64,000 nt of DNA from an uncultured Chloroflexia bacterium (GCA_963746845.1 CAVVCZ010000004.1:576001-640000), one strand, 5' to 3'; positions 29,703 through 39,649 are shown, numbered from the stretch's first letter. Made by a program: numbers and translations. The notes: generated from the letters alone by a model not told the origin.

Positions 29703-30233
29703 ATGGATGCGGCCGTGTGGGGAGTCGTCGGCGTCATCGTCGGTGGCCTGATTACAGGGTTCGTGACGATTCGGGCGGAGAGCATCCGGGCAGACAAGGC
29801 CGCCAAGCTCGACAGCGCGAAGCGGCAGGACGACCGGAGGATCGCCTCAGACGCGTTCCAGCGCGAGAACCTCCTGAAGTTGCAGGAGGCGATCGAGGAG
29901 TGGATCGACAAGGTGATCGACCAAAACGATCGCGAGACAAGGTCGGTCCGTGGTGGAGGCTCTGTCGACTCCGATTCATCGGAGCCGCAGGCAGCGATCG
30001 ACGACGCCACGCGGCGCATGGACGTGTTTGCGCATCGCGTCCGGGACGACGCACTGCGATGGGCCTTCTGGGAAATGTCGGGGATGTATACCCACACTCG
30101 GGCGGAACTCGGTGACCGAGGCACTGACGATCCCATCACGGAAGAGCTGCTCGACGCCCAGGTGGATGCGCTCCAGGAAAAAGAGTCGGCCGTGACGATC
30201 CGACTCGGGGAGGTCTTGAGGGAGCTCCTCTGA
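29703..30233 (+). CDS. Hypothetical protein, N-terminal TM plus helical domain
   Basis: TATCCT 6 nt upstream of ATG; coding-like composition. Confidence 0.7.
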   Translation: MDAAVWGVVGVIVGGLITGFVTIRAESIRADKAAKLDSAKRQDDRRIASDAFQRENLLKLQEAIEEWIDKVIDQNDRETRSVRGGGSVDSDSSEPQAAIDDATRRMDVFAHRVRDDALRWAFWEMSGMYTHTRAELGDRGTDDPITEELLDAQVDALQEKESAVTIRLGEVLRELL

Positions 30234-30541
30234 CCGACACAAATTCTTGTGTCCCTTGGTTGCGAGATGTGGAGCGCGGGTTGTCGGCGAATTGAGTCGC
30301 CGTTAGGCCGCGCCTAGCGCCGGCAAATACGCCCACCGCGGCCCGCGACGTCCTCGAGGCCAGCTCCACGGGCGACGGTGCGCCGCTACGGTCGTGACCG
30401 TCGGTCCGAGCCCCGGGCGGCAGGGATACCGTGGGGACGATCAAATAGGGCGTTCGCCCAATGGCACGTCCCTTTCCGCCCCGCCTACCTTGCGTGACTC
30501 GGCACGACCGGCGCCGTCGAGGGTGTGTGGAGGTCAGCGCG

Positions 30542-30646
30542 ATGGGCGAAGGTCAGGCAGCGCAGCTGGTCGGGTTCGTGCTCGCGATCGCAGGCCTTCT
30601 GTTGGCGTTGGAGGCCGGACTGCGCCGCGACCGCCGCGGGCATTGA
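30542..30646 (+). CDS. 34-aa single-TM peptide
   Basis: GGAGG RBS; MGEGQAAQLVGFVLAIAGLLLALEAGLRRDRRGH. Confidence 0.5.
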   Translation: MGEGQAAQLVGFVLAIAGLLLALEAGLRRDRRGH

Positions 30647-30901
30647 GGCCGCGAGGAGCCCATACCCGAGGACTGGTCGAAGCTCGATCAGCGGTGCGGG
30701 AGCCGTCACCCTGGGAGATGATCCAGCGGTATCCCGCCCCCCGAGCGGCCACGGTCCTTCGCAGCTGCACCGACGGCAACGGCAAGCCCCCGCGGGCGTC
30801 GGGTGCTTTGACGGTCGCCGTACCATTGAGGTTCGCTTGACCCCCCGCGATGGGGCGTGTCAGCCTCCGTTGCCGGTCGAGCCGCGTCGAGGAGGTGCCC
30901 C

Positions 30902-31300
30902 GTGAATGCGTTCATCGTGGACATCAAGAACAAGCCAGCCGAGCTCGCGAAGGTGGCTGAGGCTGTTGCGCACAAGGGGGTCGATATCACGGGCTTCAGC
31001 GGATCGACCTGTGGCGACAGTGCGACGCTGGCATTGGTCACTGACAACGAGGTCGACACTCGGAGTGCGTTGACTGACGGCGGCTGGAAGTTCCGCACGA
31101 TCGAGCTCGCGGAGACGTCGGTCGCCAACAAGCCCGGCACCCTGGCCGAGGCGGCGCGCAGGCTGTCCAATGCCGGGATCAACATCGAGGCCGCGTTCCC
31201 GACCAGCTTGACGGGGAGCACCGTCCACATCGTCTTCGCGACCGACAACCCGGCAAAGGCCAAGGAGGTGCTTCGCGAGCCGGTCGCTGCCAGCCGCTGA
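30902..31300 (+). CDS. Tandem ACT-domain protein
   Basis: NKPAELAKV..GVDI and NKPGTLAE..GINI; GAGGAGG RBS. Confidence 0.85.
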   Translation: MNAFIVDIKNKPAELAKVAEAVAHKGVDITGFSGSTCGDSATLALVTDNEVDTRSALTDGGWKFRTIELAETSVANKPGTLAEAARRLSNAGINIEAAFPTSLTGSTVHIVFATDNPAKAKEVLREPVAASR

Positions 31301-31399
31301 GGAAGTCGGCGGTCGAAGACCGACATGATGAAGTCACTGAGCCCCGGGCCGATGCTCGGGGCTTCGTGACATCGAACCAGGCCGCCTCGGAGGATCGCC

Positions 31400-31753
31400 G
31401 TGAACTGCAGGCTCCTCTCCTTCGGCCTGATCGAGATTGACGGACACCAGTTCAACCACGACGTGGTGATCGAAGGGGATCGCGTTCGGCGGCGCAAGAA
31501 GGGCCCGTCGAAGTCGCGTCGGGCCGAGTTTGGCCATACGCCGCTGTCGGCCGACGAGGCGATCCCGTGGTCGTCGCCACGGCTCATCGTCGGCACCGGT
31601 TTCAACGGTCAGCTTCCGATCACCGGCGATCTCTACCGGGAGGCCGAGCGACGGGGCGTGGAGATCGTCGCGCGGCCAACCCGTGAGGCCTGCGAGCTGC
31701 TCGCGGCCGCCGACGTCGGATCCCGGGCAGCGATCCTCCACGTGACCTGCTGA
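31400..31753 (+). CDS. Mth938-like domain protein
   Basis: SFGLIEIDG..HDVVI, LIVGTG and C-terminal LHVTC. Confidence 0.85.
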   Translation: MNCRLLSFGLIEIDGHQFNHDVVIEGDRVRRRKKGPSKSRRAEFGHTPLSADEAIPWSSPRLIVGTGFNGQLPITGDLYREAERRGVEIVARPTREACELLAAADVGSRAAILHVTC

Positions 31754-31883
31754 GGTCCGCCTCGTTCGAGGTCTCGTCTATTGCGCCCGATCCGATTGAC
31801 GGGCCGACCCCGCGACGCCTAGGCTCAGGTCAAAGGGCGCTGCGCCGCATTCGCGAGGCTGCCCGAGGGATGGAGGGCTCGCA

Positions 31884-32138
31884 ATGATTCGGCGGATCAC
31901 CGGGATCATCCTTGGAGTGGTGGCCTTCCTGATCGTGTACTGGCTCACGGGCGGGACGGCGACGCCGGCCACCCCCAACTGGGCACTCTCGATCCTGGTC
32001 GGCCTGGTGGTGGCGCTCATCTGGCCGTGGATCATGGGCCTGCTCGTCGTACGGCGCACCCGGCAGCGCCGTCAGAACGAGATCGACGATGAGGTCGCGA
32101 AGCAGCTCGCGCAGCAGCAGAACAAGCCGCCCTCCTGA
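31884..32138 (+). CDS. Small 2-TM hypothetical protein
   Basis: GGAGG RBS; two hydrophobic helices and a charged tail. Confidence 0.7.
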   Translation: MIRRITGIILGVVAFLIVYWLTGGTATPATPNWALSILVGLVVALIWPWIMGLLVVRRTRQRRQNEIDDEVAKQLAQQQNKPPS

Positions 32139-32246
32139 TCCCCGGGCCAGTCGCGCCGCAGGCCTGACGGCGGTTGAACGCGCCGGCGCCGCTGTTCTGG
32201 AACGAACGCGCTACGCGTCCTCCGTGTCGACGGAGGTTCTCCGACC

Positions 32247-32759
32247 TCAATACCCGTACTTGACGGGCGCGCTCGGGACGGGCGCCGCCGGGGAGGCATT
32301 CGGCACCGGATCAGTCCCGCCGACCGTCGCGACCGAGAAGCCTTCCACGCCGTTGCCGGTCACATCGCCGGCCTTCGCGTCGCCCTGCCAGTAGTAGAGC
32401 GGGAGGCCGCCGTAGGTGACCTGGGTCGTGCCGTCCGCGCGGGACGCCGTCCCGAGCTGTCCCGTGACTCCGGCCCCGGCCATCGGCTGACCCGTCGTTG
32501 CGAGGGGCGGCCAGGCGGTGGCGCACGCGCCGGTGCACGTCGACGAGGTCGCGCTGTCACCGGCGTGGGTATAGAGCGTCATCCCGTTCGGCCCGGTCAG
32601 GACCGTCCCGAAATTCGGTGAGCTGGCCGTCCCGACGATGACGCCGGCGGCGCTCGAGGCACCGCCATCAATCGCGGCGGGGCTGGCCCCGCTCGATGTA
32701 CACGCCGCGACGACGAGGACGGCGGTGGCGAAGAGGGTGAGAACACGTGTCACGGACAT
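32247..32759 (-). CDS. Secreted repeat lipoprotein (COG4315 / Lipoprotein_15 type)
   Basis: Lipobox VAAC; GMTLY, CTGACATAWPP and QVTYGGLPLYY..D. Confidence 0.85.
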   Translation of the reverse strand: MSVTRVLTLFATAVLVVAACTSSGASPAAIDGGASSAAGVIVGTASSPNFGTVLTGPNGMTLYTHAGDSATSSTCTGACATAWPPLATTGQPMAGAGVTGQLGTASRADGTTQVTYGGLPLYYWQGDAKAGDVTGNGVEGFSVATVGGTDPVPNASPAAPVPSAPVKYGY

Positions 32760-32948
32760 GGACGAGACTCCGAGATGCGAAGCGAGCCAACCGTGACCCG
32801 CTGCTCGATGTACGCGGGCGCCCGGGCTCGCGGTTTCGGCGCGAACCGCTGCCGGTACGCGGCGACCTCGGAACGCGCAACATACGGGCATCGGAGTGCT
32901 CCGGTTGCGCCGGCCGCGGGATCCGTCTCGGAGTGGAGAGAGCCCGTC

Positions 32949-33140
32949 ATGGAGAAGCGCGTGATGGCCGCGACCACCGCGGCGTTGGTGGCCCTGCTTG
33001 TCCTCGCATTGCCGGCATCCGCCGAATCCGGGTACACCGGCGTGGCGGCCCAGATCGACTGGCGACTCGTCGTGATCTTCGTCCTGCTCGGCCTGCTGGC
33101 GTTCTTCGCCGTCCAGAAGCTCCTGAACCGCGGCCGCTAG
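32949..33140 (+). CDS. Small membrane protein (63 aa)
   Basis: Signal peptide-like N-terminus plus C-terminal TM. Confidence 0.55.
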   Translation: MEKRVMAATTAALVALLVLALPASAESGYTGVAAQIDWRLVVIFVLLGLLAFFAVQKLLNRGR

Positions 33141-33149
33141 GGTCGGGCT

Positions 33150-34178
33150 TTACCGCCGGCGTGGATCGACCTGGATCTTCGGGCCGGCCCAGGATGGGTC
33201 GCGGTTGCCCGCAAGGACCCCGGCGACGTCCGACAGGCCGACGACGGTCGCCACCAGCGGTGACGGGTCGACACGGCCCGTCGCGAACAGGTCGATCGCG
33301 CCGGGCAGGCCGGGCGACGCGCTGAGGATCCCGATGGCGGTCACGTCGTCGAGGACCAGCCGGCGGGTGTCGATCGGGCTCGGCTGACCGGCGAGGCCGA
33401 TGTAGACGACGCGGCGGCCCGGCTCGACGAGCGAGAGCGCACGCGCCGGCGACTCCCGGTCGGTCGAGGCATCGATCACGCCAGCGAACCGCGTCGTCGG
33501 CGGATCGTCGACCGACCAGGTGCGCTCGAAGCCCAGCGTGCGCGCGAAGGCGAGCGACGACGAACTTCGTCCGAGCAGCTCGACCTCGACGCCGTCGGCC
33601 CGCGCGATCATCGCGGCGAGCAGCCCGATCGTGCCCGGACCGATGACGAGGAGCCGCTCGCCGGGAGCCACCGCCGCCGCGTCGACCGCGCGCCAGGCGT
33701 TGCCGCCCGGCTCGACGAGCGCGCCGACGCCGGCGTCCAGCTCGGTCGGCAGGGCGCGGAGCGATGACGCGGGCACGCGCAGCTGCTCGGCCAGCGCCCC
33801 CGGCCAGCCGCTGCGGATCCCGACCTCGAACCGATCGGCGCAGAGATGCTGGCGGCCTCCTCGGCATCGCCCGCAGACGCCGCAGCCCAGCATCGTGTCG
33901 CCGGTGACGCGTCGCCCGAGCCATGACCGCTCGACGCCGTCACCGAGCGCGGACACGATCCCCGTCCATTCGTGGCCGATCCGGATCGGGTACGCCGCCT
34001 CGCCCGTGTCGAGATAGGCCATCTCACCGGTGAAGAACTCGACGTCCGTGCCGCACACGCCGACCCGATCGATGTCGACGACGACCTCGCCCGGCCCGGC
34101 CGACGGGCGCTCGACCGCCCGGACCTCAGCGACACGCGGTCCGGTGATGACGAACGCCCGCATCGGCTTTCCGCGCAT
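33150..34178 (-). CDS. Zn-dependent alcohol/sugar dehydrogenase (MDR family)
   Basis: GVCGTD, GHE, CGVCGRC..C and GPGTIG. Confidence 0.92.
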   Translation of the reverse strand: MRGKPMRAFVITGPRVAEVRAVERPSAGPGEVVVDIDRVGVCGTDVEFFTGEMAYLDTGEAAYPIRIGHEWTGIVSALGDGVERSWLGRRVTGDTMLGCGVCGRCRGGRQHLCADRFEVGIRSGWPGALAEQLRVPASSLRALPTELDAGVGALVEPGGNAWRAVDAAAVAPGERLLVIGPGTIGLLAAMIARADGVEVELLGRSSSSLAFARTLGFERTWSVDDPPTTRFAGVIDASTDRESPARALSLVEPGRRVVYIGLAGQPSPIDTRRLVLDDVTAIGILSASPGLPGAIDLFATGRVDPSPLVATVVGLSDVAGVLAGNRDPSWAGPKIQVDPRRR

Positions 34179-34207
34179 GCTTCGAGGGTAGCGGCGACAA
34201 TCCGCCC

Positions 34208-35200
34208 GTGGAGCGCCGTCGTCGTCGCGACCTCAGCCGCCTGGTCTGCGCCGTCGCGATCGTGACGGCGCTGATCGCGGCGTGCGGCGACGACACCGTC
34301 CCGACCACGACGCCGGGCGATGGGGTCGTCCCGACCGGGCCTGTCGCGTCGCTCCCGGCCGTGGCCGAGGCCACCCGGCCCCCGACGCCGACGCCCCGCT
34401 CACCGAGTCCGGAGCCGAGCCCGTCGCCCACCGCGCGCGCCACGCCGACCCCGACGCCGACGCCGACACCGACGGCCGCCCCCCAGACGGCCGAGGCGCC
34501 GACCTGCGCCGGCGCCGAGTCGAGTGGCCGGGGCGGCGTCGTCACCGCCGCGTCCCAGAACTGGGCGGGCTACATCGTCCATGAGGCCGGGTCACGCGTC
34601 GTCTGCGTCCAGGCCCGCTGGACCGAGCCGAAGCTGAGCTGTCCGTCGAAGGGCGATCGGAGCGTCGCGATCTGGGTCGGGATCGATGGCGCCGGGCCCG
34701 TGACCAGGGCACGTCCGCTCATCCAGCTCGGGACGTGGGGCTACTGCCACAACGGGGTCGAGAGCCACTACGGGTGGCACGAGGTCTATCCGGTGCAGCC
34801 GTTCAGCGTGCCGTTCGCGACGACCGTCCACCCCGGTGACCGGATGGCCGCCGCGGTTGTCTTCCGGCAGCGGGCGTTCACGCTCACCCTGGTCAATCTG
34901 ACGACGGGTCGGAGCGTCGAGGTCGTCGAGCACGCCCCGAAGGCCGTGCGCGGCACCGCCGAGTGGATCGTCGAGGCGCCGACCGGCGGCTGCCCGAAGT
35001 CGTGCCGCCAGCTGAGTCTCCCGGGGTTCGCGCCTGTCCACTTCACCGCCGCGCGGGCGACGCTCGGCTCGAAGGTCGCCGGGGTCGACGGCCCCTGGAC
35101 GCGGGAGCAGACGACGATGGAATCACGGCGCGGGACGACGCTGGCCCGGGTCGGGCCCGTCGCCGGCTCCGGTGAGGCCTTCACGGTCAGTCGCCCGTAG
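34208..35200 (+). CDS. G1-family glutamic endopeptidase lipoprotein
   Basis: Lipobox IAAC, Pro/Thr linker, SQNWAGY, WVGIDG, LIQLGT and AEWIVEAP. Confidence 0.85.
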   Translation: MERRRRRDLSRLVCAVAIVTALIAACGDDTVPTTTPGDGVVPTGPVASLPAVAEATRPPTPTPRSPSPEPSPSPTARATPTPTPTPTPTAAPQTAEAPTCAGAESSGRGGVVTAASQNWAGYIVHEAGSRVVCVQARWTEPKLSCPSKGDRSVAIWVGIDGAGPVTRARPLIQLGTWGYCHNGVESHYGWHEVYPVQPFSVPFATTVHPGDRMAAAVVFRQRAFTLTLVNLTTGRSVEVVEHAPKAVRGTAEWIVEAPTGGCPKSCRQLSLPGFAPVHFTAARATLGSKVAGVDGPWTREQTTMESRRGTTLARVGPVAGSGEAFTVSRP

Positions 35201-35319
35201 GCGAGGCGCGCCGGGCTGCGTGCCACTGATCCGGTCGGCCCGGTCCGCCGTATCCATGGGTGCGACCCACGTCGGCCCGGGCCGGCGACGTCGCCCCGAT
35301 CGAGCTCACACCTGGGGAC

Positions 35320-35358
35320 CGAGGCCCCGCGACCAACCCTCCGAGTCGCGGGGCCTCG
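35320..35358. terminator. Perfect 14-bp stem-loop
   Basis: CGAGGCCCCGCGAC-N11-GTCGCGGGGCCTCG; no U-tract. Confidence 0.5.
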
Positions 35359-35386
35359 TCGTGCCCGGAGCCGCTAGGCTTCGACC

Positions 35387-36904
35387 ATGGCGACCGTGGA
35401 TCGAACCCGCGCGGGACGTGACGTCGAGCTCTCGACGGAGCAGCTCGACGGCCTGGGTGACATGTCCCCCGAGTCGTTCCGCGCGGCTGCCCACCGGATC
35501 GTCGACGAGATGGCCGACTACCTGGCGGGGGTCGAGGAGTTCGCCATCCTGCCGCCGATCGGTCCCGGGTCGGTCGCGGAACGGCTGCCGCCGTCACCGC
35601 CGGACGCGCCGGAGAGCCTCGAGGCGATCCTTGCCGACTATCACGCGCTGATCGAGTCGAACGCCACGCACTGGCAGCATCCCGGGTTCCTCGCCTACTT
35701 CGCGTCGACCGCCTCGGGTGCCGGGATCCTCGGCGAGATGCTCATCGCCGCCCTCGGCCAGAACACCATGCTCTGGCGTACGTCACCGAGTGGCACCGAG
35801 CTCGAGCAGGTCGTGGTCGACTGGCTGCGTCAGGCGCTCGGGCTGCCCGAAGGATTCGATGGCCTGTTGACCGACACGGCATCGACGTCGTCGCTGATCG
35901 CGCTCGCGGCTGCGCGGCAGGCTGCAGGGATCGACGCCGCGGTGGCGGGACTCGCCGGGCGACCGGACGTGCCCGCGCTCCGCGTCTACGCCTCGGAGCA
36001 GGCCCATTCCTCGATCGACAAGGCGTGCATGACGCTCGGACTCGGGCGGGCGTCGCTGGTCCATGTCCCGACGAACACCGTGTTCGAGATGCGCCCCGAC
36101 GCGCTCGAGGCCGCGATCGCCGCGGATCGAGCCGCCGGCCACCGGCCGATCGCCGTCGTCGCAACGGTCGGCACGACGTCGTCCACCTCGGTCGACCCGG
36201 TCGCGGTCATCGCCGACATCGCCGACCGAGAGGGTCTGTGGCTCCACGTGGACGCCGCCTACGCCGGGGCGGTCGCGATCGACCCCGGGCTCCGTGCCCC
36301 GTTCCGCGGCTGGGAGCGCGCTGACTCGATCGTCGTCAACCCGCACAAGTGGCTCTGGACGCCGGTCGACGCCTCGCTCCTCCTGAGCCGCCGCCTGGAC
36401 GTCGTCCGTGACGCGTTCAGCCTCGTCCCGGAGTACCTGCGCACGGTCGACGGGATCGGCGACGGCACGGAGCGCAACTTCCACGAGTACACGCCCCAGC
36501 TCGGCCGTCGGTTCCGGGCCCTGAAAGTGTGGATCCTGCTCCGCTGGTTCGGCCTGGACGGGCTCCGGCGGCGGATCCGCCATCACCTCGCGCTTGCCGC
36601 AGAGCTCGCTGCGTGGGTGGACGCTGCGCCCGACTGGGAGCGAGTGGCGCCCGTCCCCTTCTCGACGGTCTGCTTCCGGCACGTACCGGCGTCGCTGGCG
36701 GGTGACGCCGCCGCCATCGATGCCCACAACGCCGCCGTGATGGAGGCCGTCAACCGATCCGGCGAGGTGTTCCTCAGCCACACGAAGCTGAACGACCAGT
36801 TCGTGATCCGCGTCGCGATCGGCAATCTGCGCACGGAACGCCGGCACGTGGCTCGGGCCTGGGAGCTGCTCCAGGCGGCAGGGGAGGAGGTCGCACCGCG
36901 ATGA
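35387..36904 (+). CDS. PLP-dependent group II (aromatic L-amino acid type) decarboxylase
   Basis: THWQHP, AHSS, HVDAAYAG, NPHKW and RRFRALK. Confidence 0.92.
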   Translation: MATVDRTRAGRDVELSTEQLDGLGDMSPESFRAAAHRIVDEMADYLAGVEEFAILPPIGPGSVAERLPPSPPDAPESLEAILADYHALIESNATHWQHPGFLAYFASTASGAGILGEMLIAALGQNTMLWRTSPSGTELEQVVVDWLRQALGLPEGFDGLLTDTASTSSLIALAAARQAAGIDAAVAGLAGRPDVPALRVYASEQAHSSIDKACMTLGLGRASLVHVPTNTVFEMRPDALEAAIAADRAAGHRPIAVVATVGTTSSTSVDPVAVIADIADREGLWLHVDAAYAGAVAIDPGLRAPFRGWERADSIVVNPHKWLWTPVDASLLLSRRLDVVRDAFSLVPEYLRTVDGIGDGTERNFHEYTPQLGRRFRALKVWILLRWFGLDGLRRRIRHHLALAAELAAWVDAAPDWERVAPVPFSTVCFRHVPASLAGDAAAIDAHNAAVMEAVNRSGEVFLSHTKLNDQFVIRVAIGNLRTERRHVARAWELLQAAGEEVAPR

Positions 36905-37260
36905 GCGCCGAACCGGTCACGGTCCTGTACTTCTACCGGACGCGCTGGGGCGCGCACGACGAGTTCGTGACGCTGTTCCGGAAGAACCACTGGCCGATCC
37001 TTCGTGAGCAGCTCGGGGACGGGCGGTTCACGACGGTCGAGCTGTCGACCCCGCGGTTCCACGGCGACGGCCGGGCCGACTGGGACGTCCTCGTCTCGAT
37101 CACCTACCGCGACTGGGCCGCGATGGAGGCGCACAGCGAAGCGGAGATCGCGGCCCGGCTCTACCCGGACCAGGCGACGTTCAAGCGCGAGGAGGAGCGC
37201 CGGTTCGAGCTGCTGGAGGCGCACTGGGACGTGCCGCTGGAGCGACGGCCGCTCGACTAG
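36901..37260 (+). CDS. Hypothetical protein, NIPSNAP/dimeric alpha-beta barrel-like
   Basis: Coupled to the decarboxylase; LFRKNHWP..HWD; fold assignment tentative. Confidence 0.7.
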   Translation: MSAEPVTVLYFYRTRWGAHDEFVTLFRKNHWPILREQLGDGRFTTVELSTPRFHGDGRADWDVLVSITYRDWAAMEAHSEAEIAARLYPDQATFKREEERRFELLEAHWDVPLERRPLD

Positions 37261-37356
37261 GCGGGCGAGGAGCGGACGACGAGGCAGCCCGCCCCGGCGC
37301 GGCCCCGCGCATGGCATCATCGGGGCGTCGTCGTATCAGCGGAGGTCGCCTCGCCC

Positions 37357-37743
37357 GTGCCACCGATCGGAGAGCTGACGAGGATCGAGCAGGTCCATCT
37401 CGACCGGCTCGAGCACCAGGGAATCTTCACCACGGGCCTCCTGCTCGAGGTCAGCGAGACCGTGACGCGCCGTCAGACCCTGGCGGACCAGGTGAAGGCC
37501 ACGACGAACGACGTCCTGACCTGGCGCGACGAGGCCCAGATGCTCAACCTCGCGAGCTTCGGACCCGACGACCACCAGCTCCTGATGCAGTCCGGGATCG
37601 ACGGCCTCCACGACATCCTCGGTCTCGACCTGGACGCCTTTCGCGCGCGCCTGGCGCGAGGCGCGGACGAGCTGAAGATGGAGCTGCCGGCGGACCTGAC
37701 GATCTCCGGCTGGTGGGAGCAGGCACGGACCCTCGAGGACTGA
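37357..37743 (+). CDS. DUF4332-like helix-hairpin-helix protein
   Basis: GGAGG RBS; LEHQGIFTT..LL and WWEQAR. Confidence 0.65.
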   Translation: MPPIGELTRIEQVHLDRLEHQGIFTTGLLLEVSETVTRRQTLADQVKATTNDVLTWRDEAQMLNLASFGPDDHQLLMQSGIDGLHDILGLDLDAFRARLARGADELKMELPADLTISGWWEQARTLED

Positions 37744-37792
37744 CCCGCCGGCGCGTTCGCGCCCGGAGACGACCCCGGCTTACCATTCGCCG

Positions 37793-38515
37793 GTGACACG
37801 GAGCATCCCCGAGCGGGTTGCGGCGTTCCTGACGGGTCTCGCCGCCGTCGTCGTCGTGATCGCACTGGCGATCCTGCCGTTCCTGACGCCGGCCTGGGTC
37901 TCGTTCGAGCAGGGCCGCGCCCAGGCGGCAGCCTGGACGGGCTACAGCGAGGCCGACCTGTCCACCGCGACGGATGCGATCCTCCACGATCTCGTGATCG
38001 GGCCGCCGGACTTCGCCGTCGAGGTCGCCGGTGCCCCGGTCCTCGAGGCGCGCGAACAGGCCCACATGCGCGACGTCCGCGGCGTCTTCGCCGAGTTCTA
38101 CGCGCTGGCCCTGGTCGCCGCCGTCGGCCTGGTGGTCCTCGTCGTCGGTGCCTACCGCCGCGGTCATCCCGAGCGGGCGTGGCGGGCGATCGCGACGGGC
38201 ATGAAGTGGCTCGCCGTCGGAGTCGTGGTCGCGGGCGTGATCGCGACGTTCTTCTTCGACCAGGCCTTCGAGATCTTCCACGAGCTGTTCTTCCCGAGCG
38301 GCTCGTACACGTTCGACCCGCGGACGGATCGGCTCGTCCAGCTCTTCCCGTTCGACTTCTGGTCCGAGACGACGATCGTCCTCGGGGTGGTGATCCTCGC
38401 CGCGGCCGGGGTCATCTGGCTCGTCGCGCGCCACCTGGGCCGGGTGCCCGTGGACGTCCCCGCCACGGCGACGACGACGGCTCCGCTCGCACCGACCGGC
38501 GAGCGGGTCGGATGA
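37793..38515 (+). CDS. DUF1461/TIGR01906-type membrane protein
   Basis: HMRDVR, FEIFHELFF and LVQLFP..FW. Confidence 0.85.
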   Translation: MTRSIPERVAAFLTGLAAVVVVIALAILPFLTPAWVSFEQGRAQAAAWTGYSEADLSTATDAILHDLVIGPPDFAVEVAGAPVLEAREQAHMRDVRGVFAEFYALALVAAVGLVVLVVGAYRRGHPERAWRAIATGMKWLAVGVVVAGVIATFFFDQAFEIFHELFFPSGSYTFDPRTDRLVQLFPFDFWSETTIVLGVVILAAAGVIWLVARHLGRVPVDVPATATTTAPLAPTGERVG

Positions 38516-39642
38516 ACGGCGTCCCGATCGCCCGGATCTTCGGGTTCGAGGTCCGTCTCCACCTCTCCTGGCTGTTCATCATCGCGATCATCACGGTCAC
38601 GGTTGCCCAGCGCCTGGCCACGTTCCAGCCGGACCTCGTCGCGCCGATGGGCTGGGTCATCGGCCTCGCGGGATCCCTCGGGTTCATGCTGACGGTCATC
38701 GCCCACGAGCTCGCCCATGCGGTCGTCGCCCGGCGCGACGGGACCGAGGGCGCGATGGTGGTCGTCCACTTCATCGGGTCGCCGACGGCGGTCGACGTCG
38801 TGGCGAGCTCGGCGCGTGCCGAGGCCGCCGTCGCCATCGCGGGACCGGCCGTGAGCGCGGTCATCGGCCTCGCGCTCACGGGTCTGGCGCTCGCCGTGCT
38901 GGCGGTCGACGCGTCCCTCGAGCCGCTCGCGGATCTCCTCGCGATCATCGGCGTCCTCGACCTGATCCTCGCGGGCATCAGCCTGGTCCCCTCGTTCCCC
39001 CTCGATGGCGGCCGGATCGTGCGGGCGATCGCCTGGGCGAGGTCCGGCGACCAGCGCCGGGGCACCAGGGCCGCCGGAACCGTCGGTCGGTGGACGGGCC
39101 GGAGCCTGCTGATCGTCGGCTTGGCGATCATCCTGGCCGACGACATCGTCGACGGGATCATGGTCGGCCTCGTCGGCTGGTTCCTGATGGCGTCGTCGCG
39201 GTCGGTCGATCGCTGGCTGGCCCTCGACGACCTCGTCCAGGGGATCCGGGTCGGCGACGCCATGGAGCCCACGCTCGAGACGATCTCGCCGCAGCTCACG
39301 CTCGATACGTTCGCGTCGTCGATGCTCAACGGGACGGTCGGCCCGGCGCTTCCGGTGATCCGGGACGACGCGGTGGTCGGGATCGTGGGCACCGCGCAGG
39401 TCCGGATGGTGCCCCAGAGGAACTGGCCGTCCACGCGGACGGAGGACGTGATGGTCGGCGGCGACGCTCTCCCGGTCGCGAGCCCGGATGACACGCTGAC
39501 CGACGCACTGGAGCGGCTGCGGCTGTCGCACCTCGACGGGCTGCCCGTCCTGGACGGGACGGTCCTTCGCGGCGTCCTCACCCGGCGTTCGATCGCGGCG
39601 ATCCTGCACGCGCGGGCCGAGGCCAAGGGCCAGGCGCTGTGA
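38512..39642 (+). CDS. Site-2 protease (M50) with CBS pair
   Basis: HELAH, AIAGP, PLDGGR and C-terminal CBS domains. Confidence 0.88.
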   Translation: MNGVPIARIFGFEVRLHLSWLFIIAIITVTVAQRLATFQPDLVAPMGWVIGLAGSLGFMLTVIAHELAHAVVARRDGTEGAMVVVHFIGSPTAVDVVASSARAEAAVAIAGPAVSAVIGLALTGLALAVLAVDASLEPLADLLAIIGVLDLILAGISLVPSFPLDGGRIVRAIAWARSGDQRRGTRAAGTVGRWTGRSLLIVGLAIILADDIVDGIMVGLVGWFLMASSRSVDRWLALDDLVQGIRVGDAMEPTLETISPQLTLDTFASSMLNGTVGPALPVIRDDAVVGIVGTAQVRMVPQRNWPSTRTEDVMVGGDALPVASPDDTLTDALERLRLSHLDGLPVLDGTVLRGVLTRRSIAAILHARAEAKGQAL

Positions 39643-39649
39643 GCCGCCG

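Noticed and set aside
30284-30308. GTTAGGC integron attC-like core after a short hairpin
   Set aside because: No matching RYYYAAC inverse core or left arm, no repetition between neighbouring ORFs, and no intI
34380-34480. CCGACG-type tandem repeats (also near 60140-60300)
   Set aside because: They encode Pro/Thr/Ser lipoprotein linkers; not a CRISPR or DNA-level array
23295-36904. TrpB2 plus aromatic decarboxylase as a tryptamine pathway
   Set aside because: About 11 kb apart, separated by a tRNA and accessory DNA; decarboxylase substrate unknown
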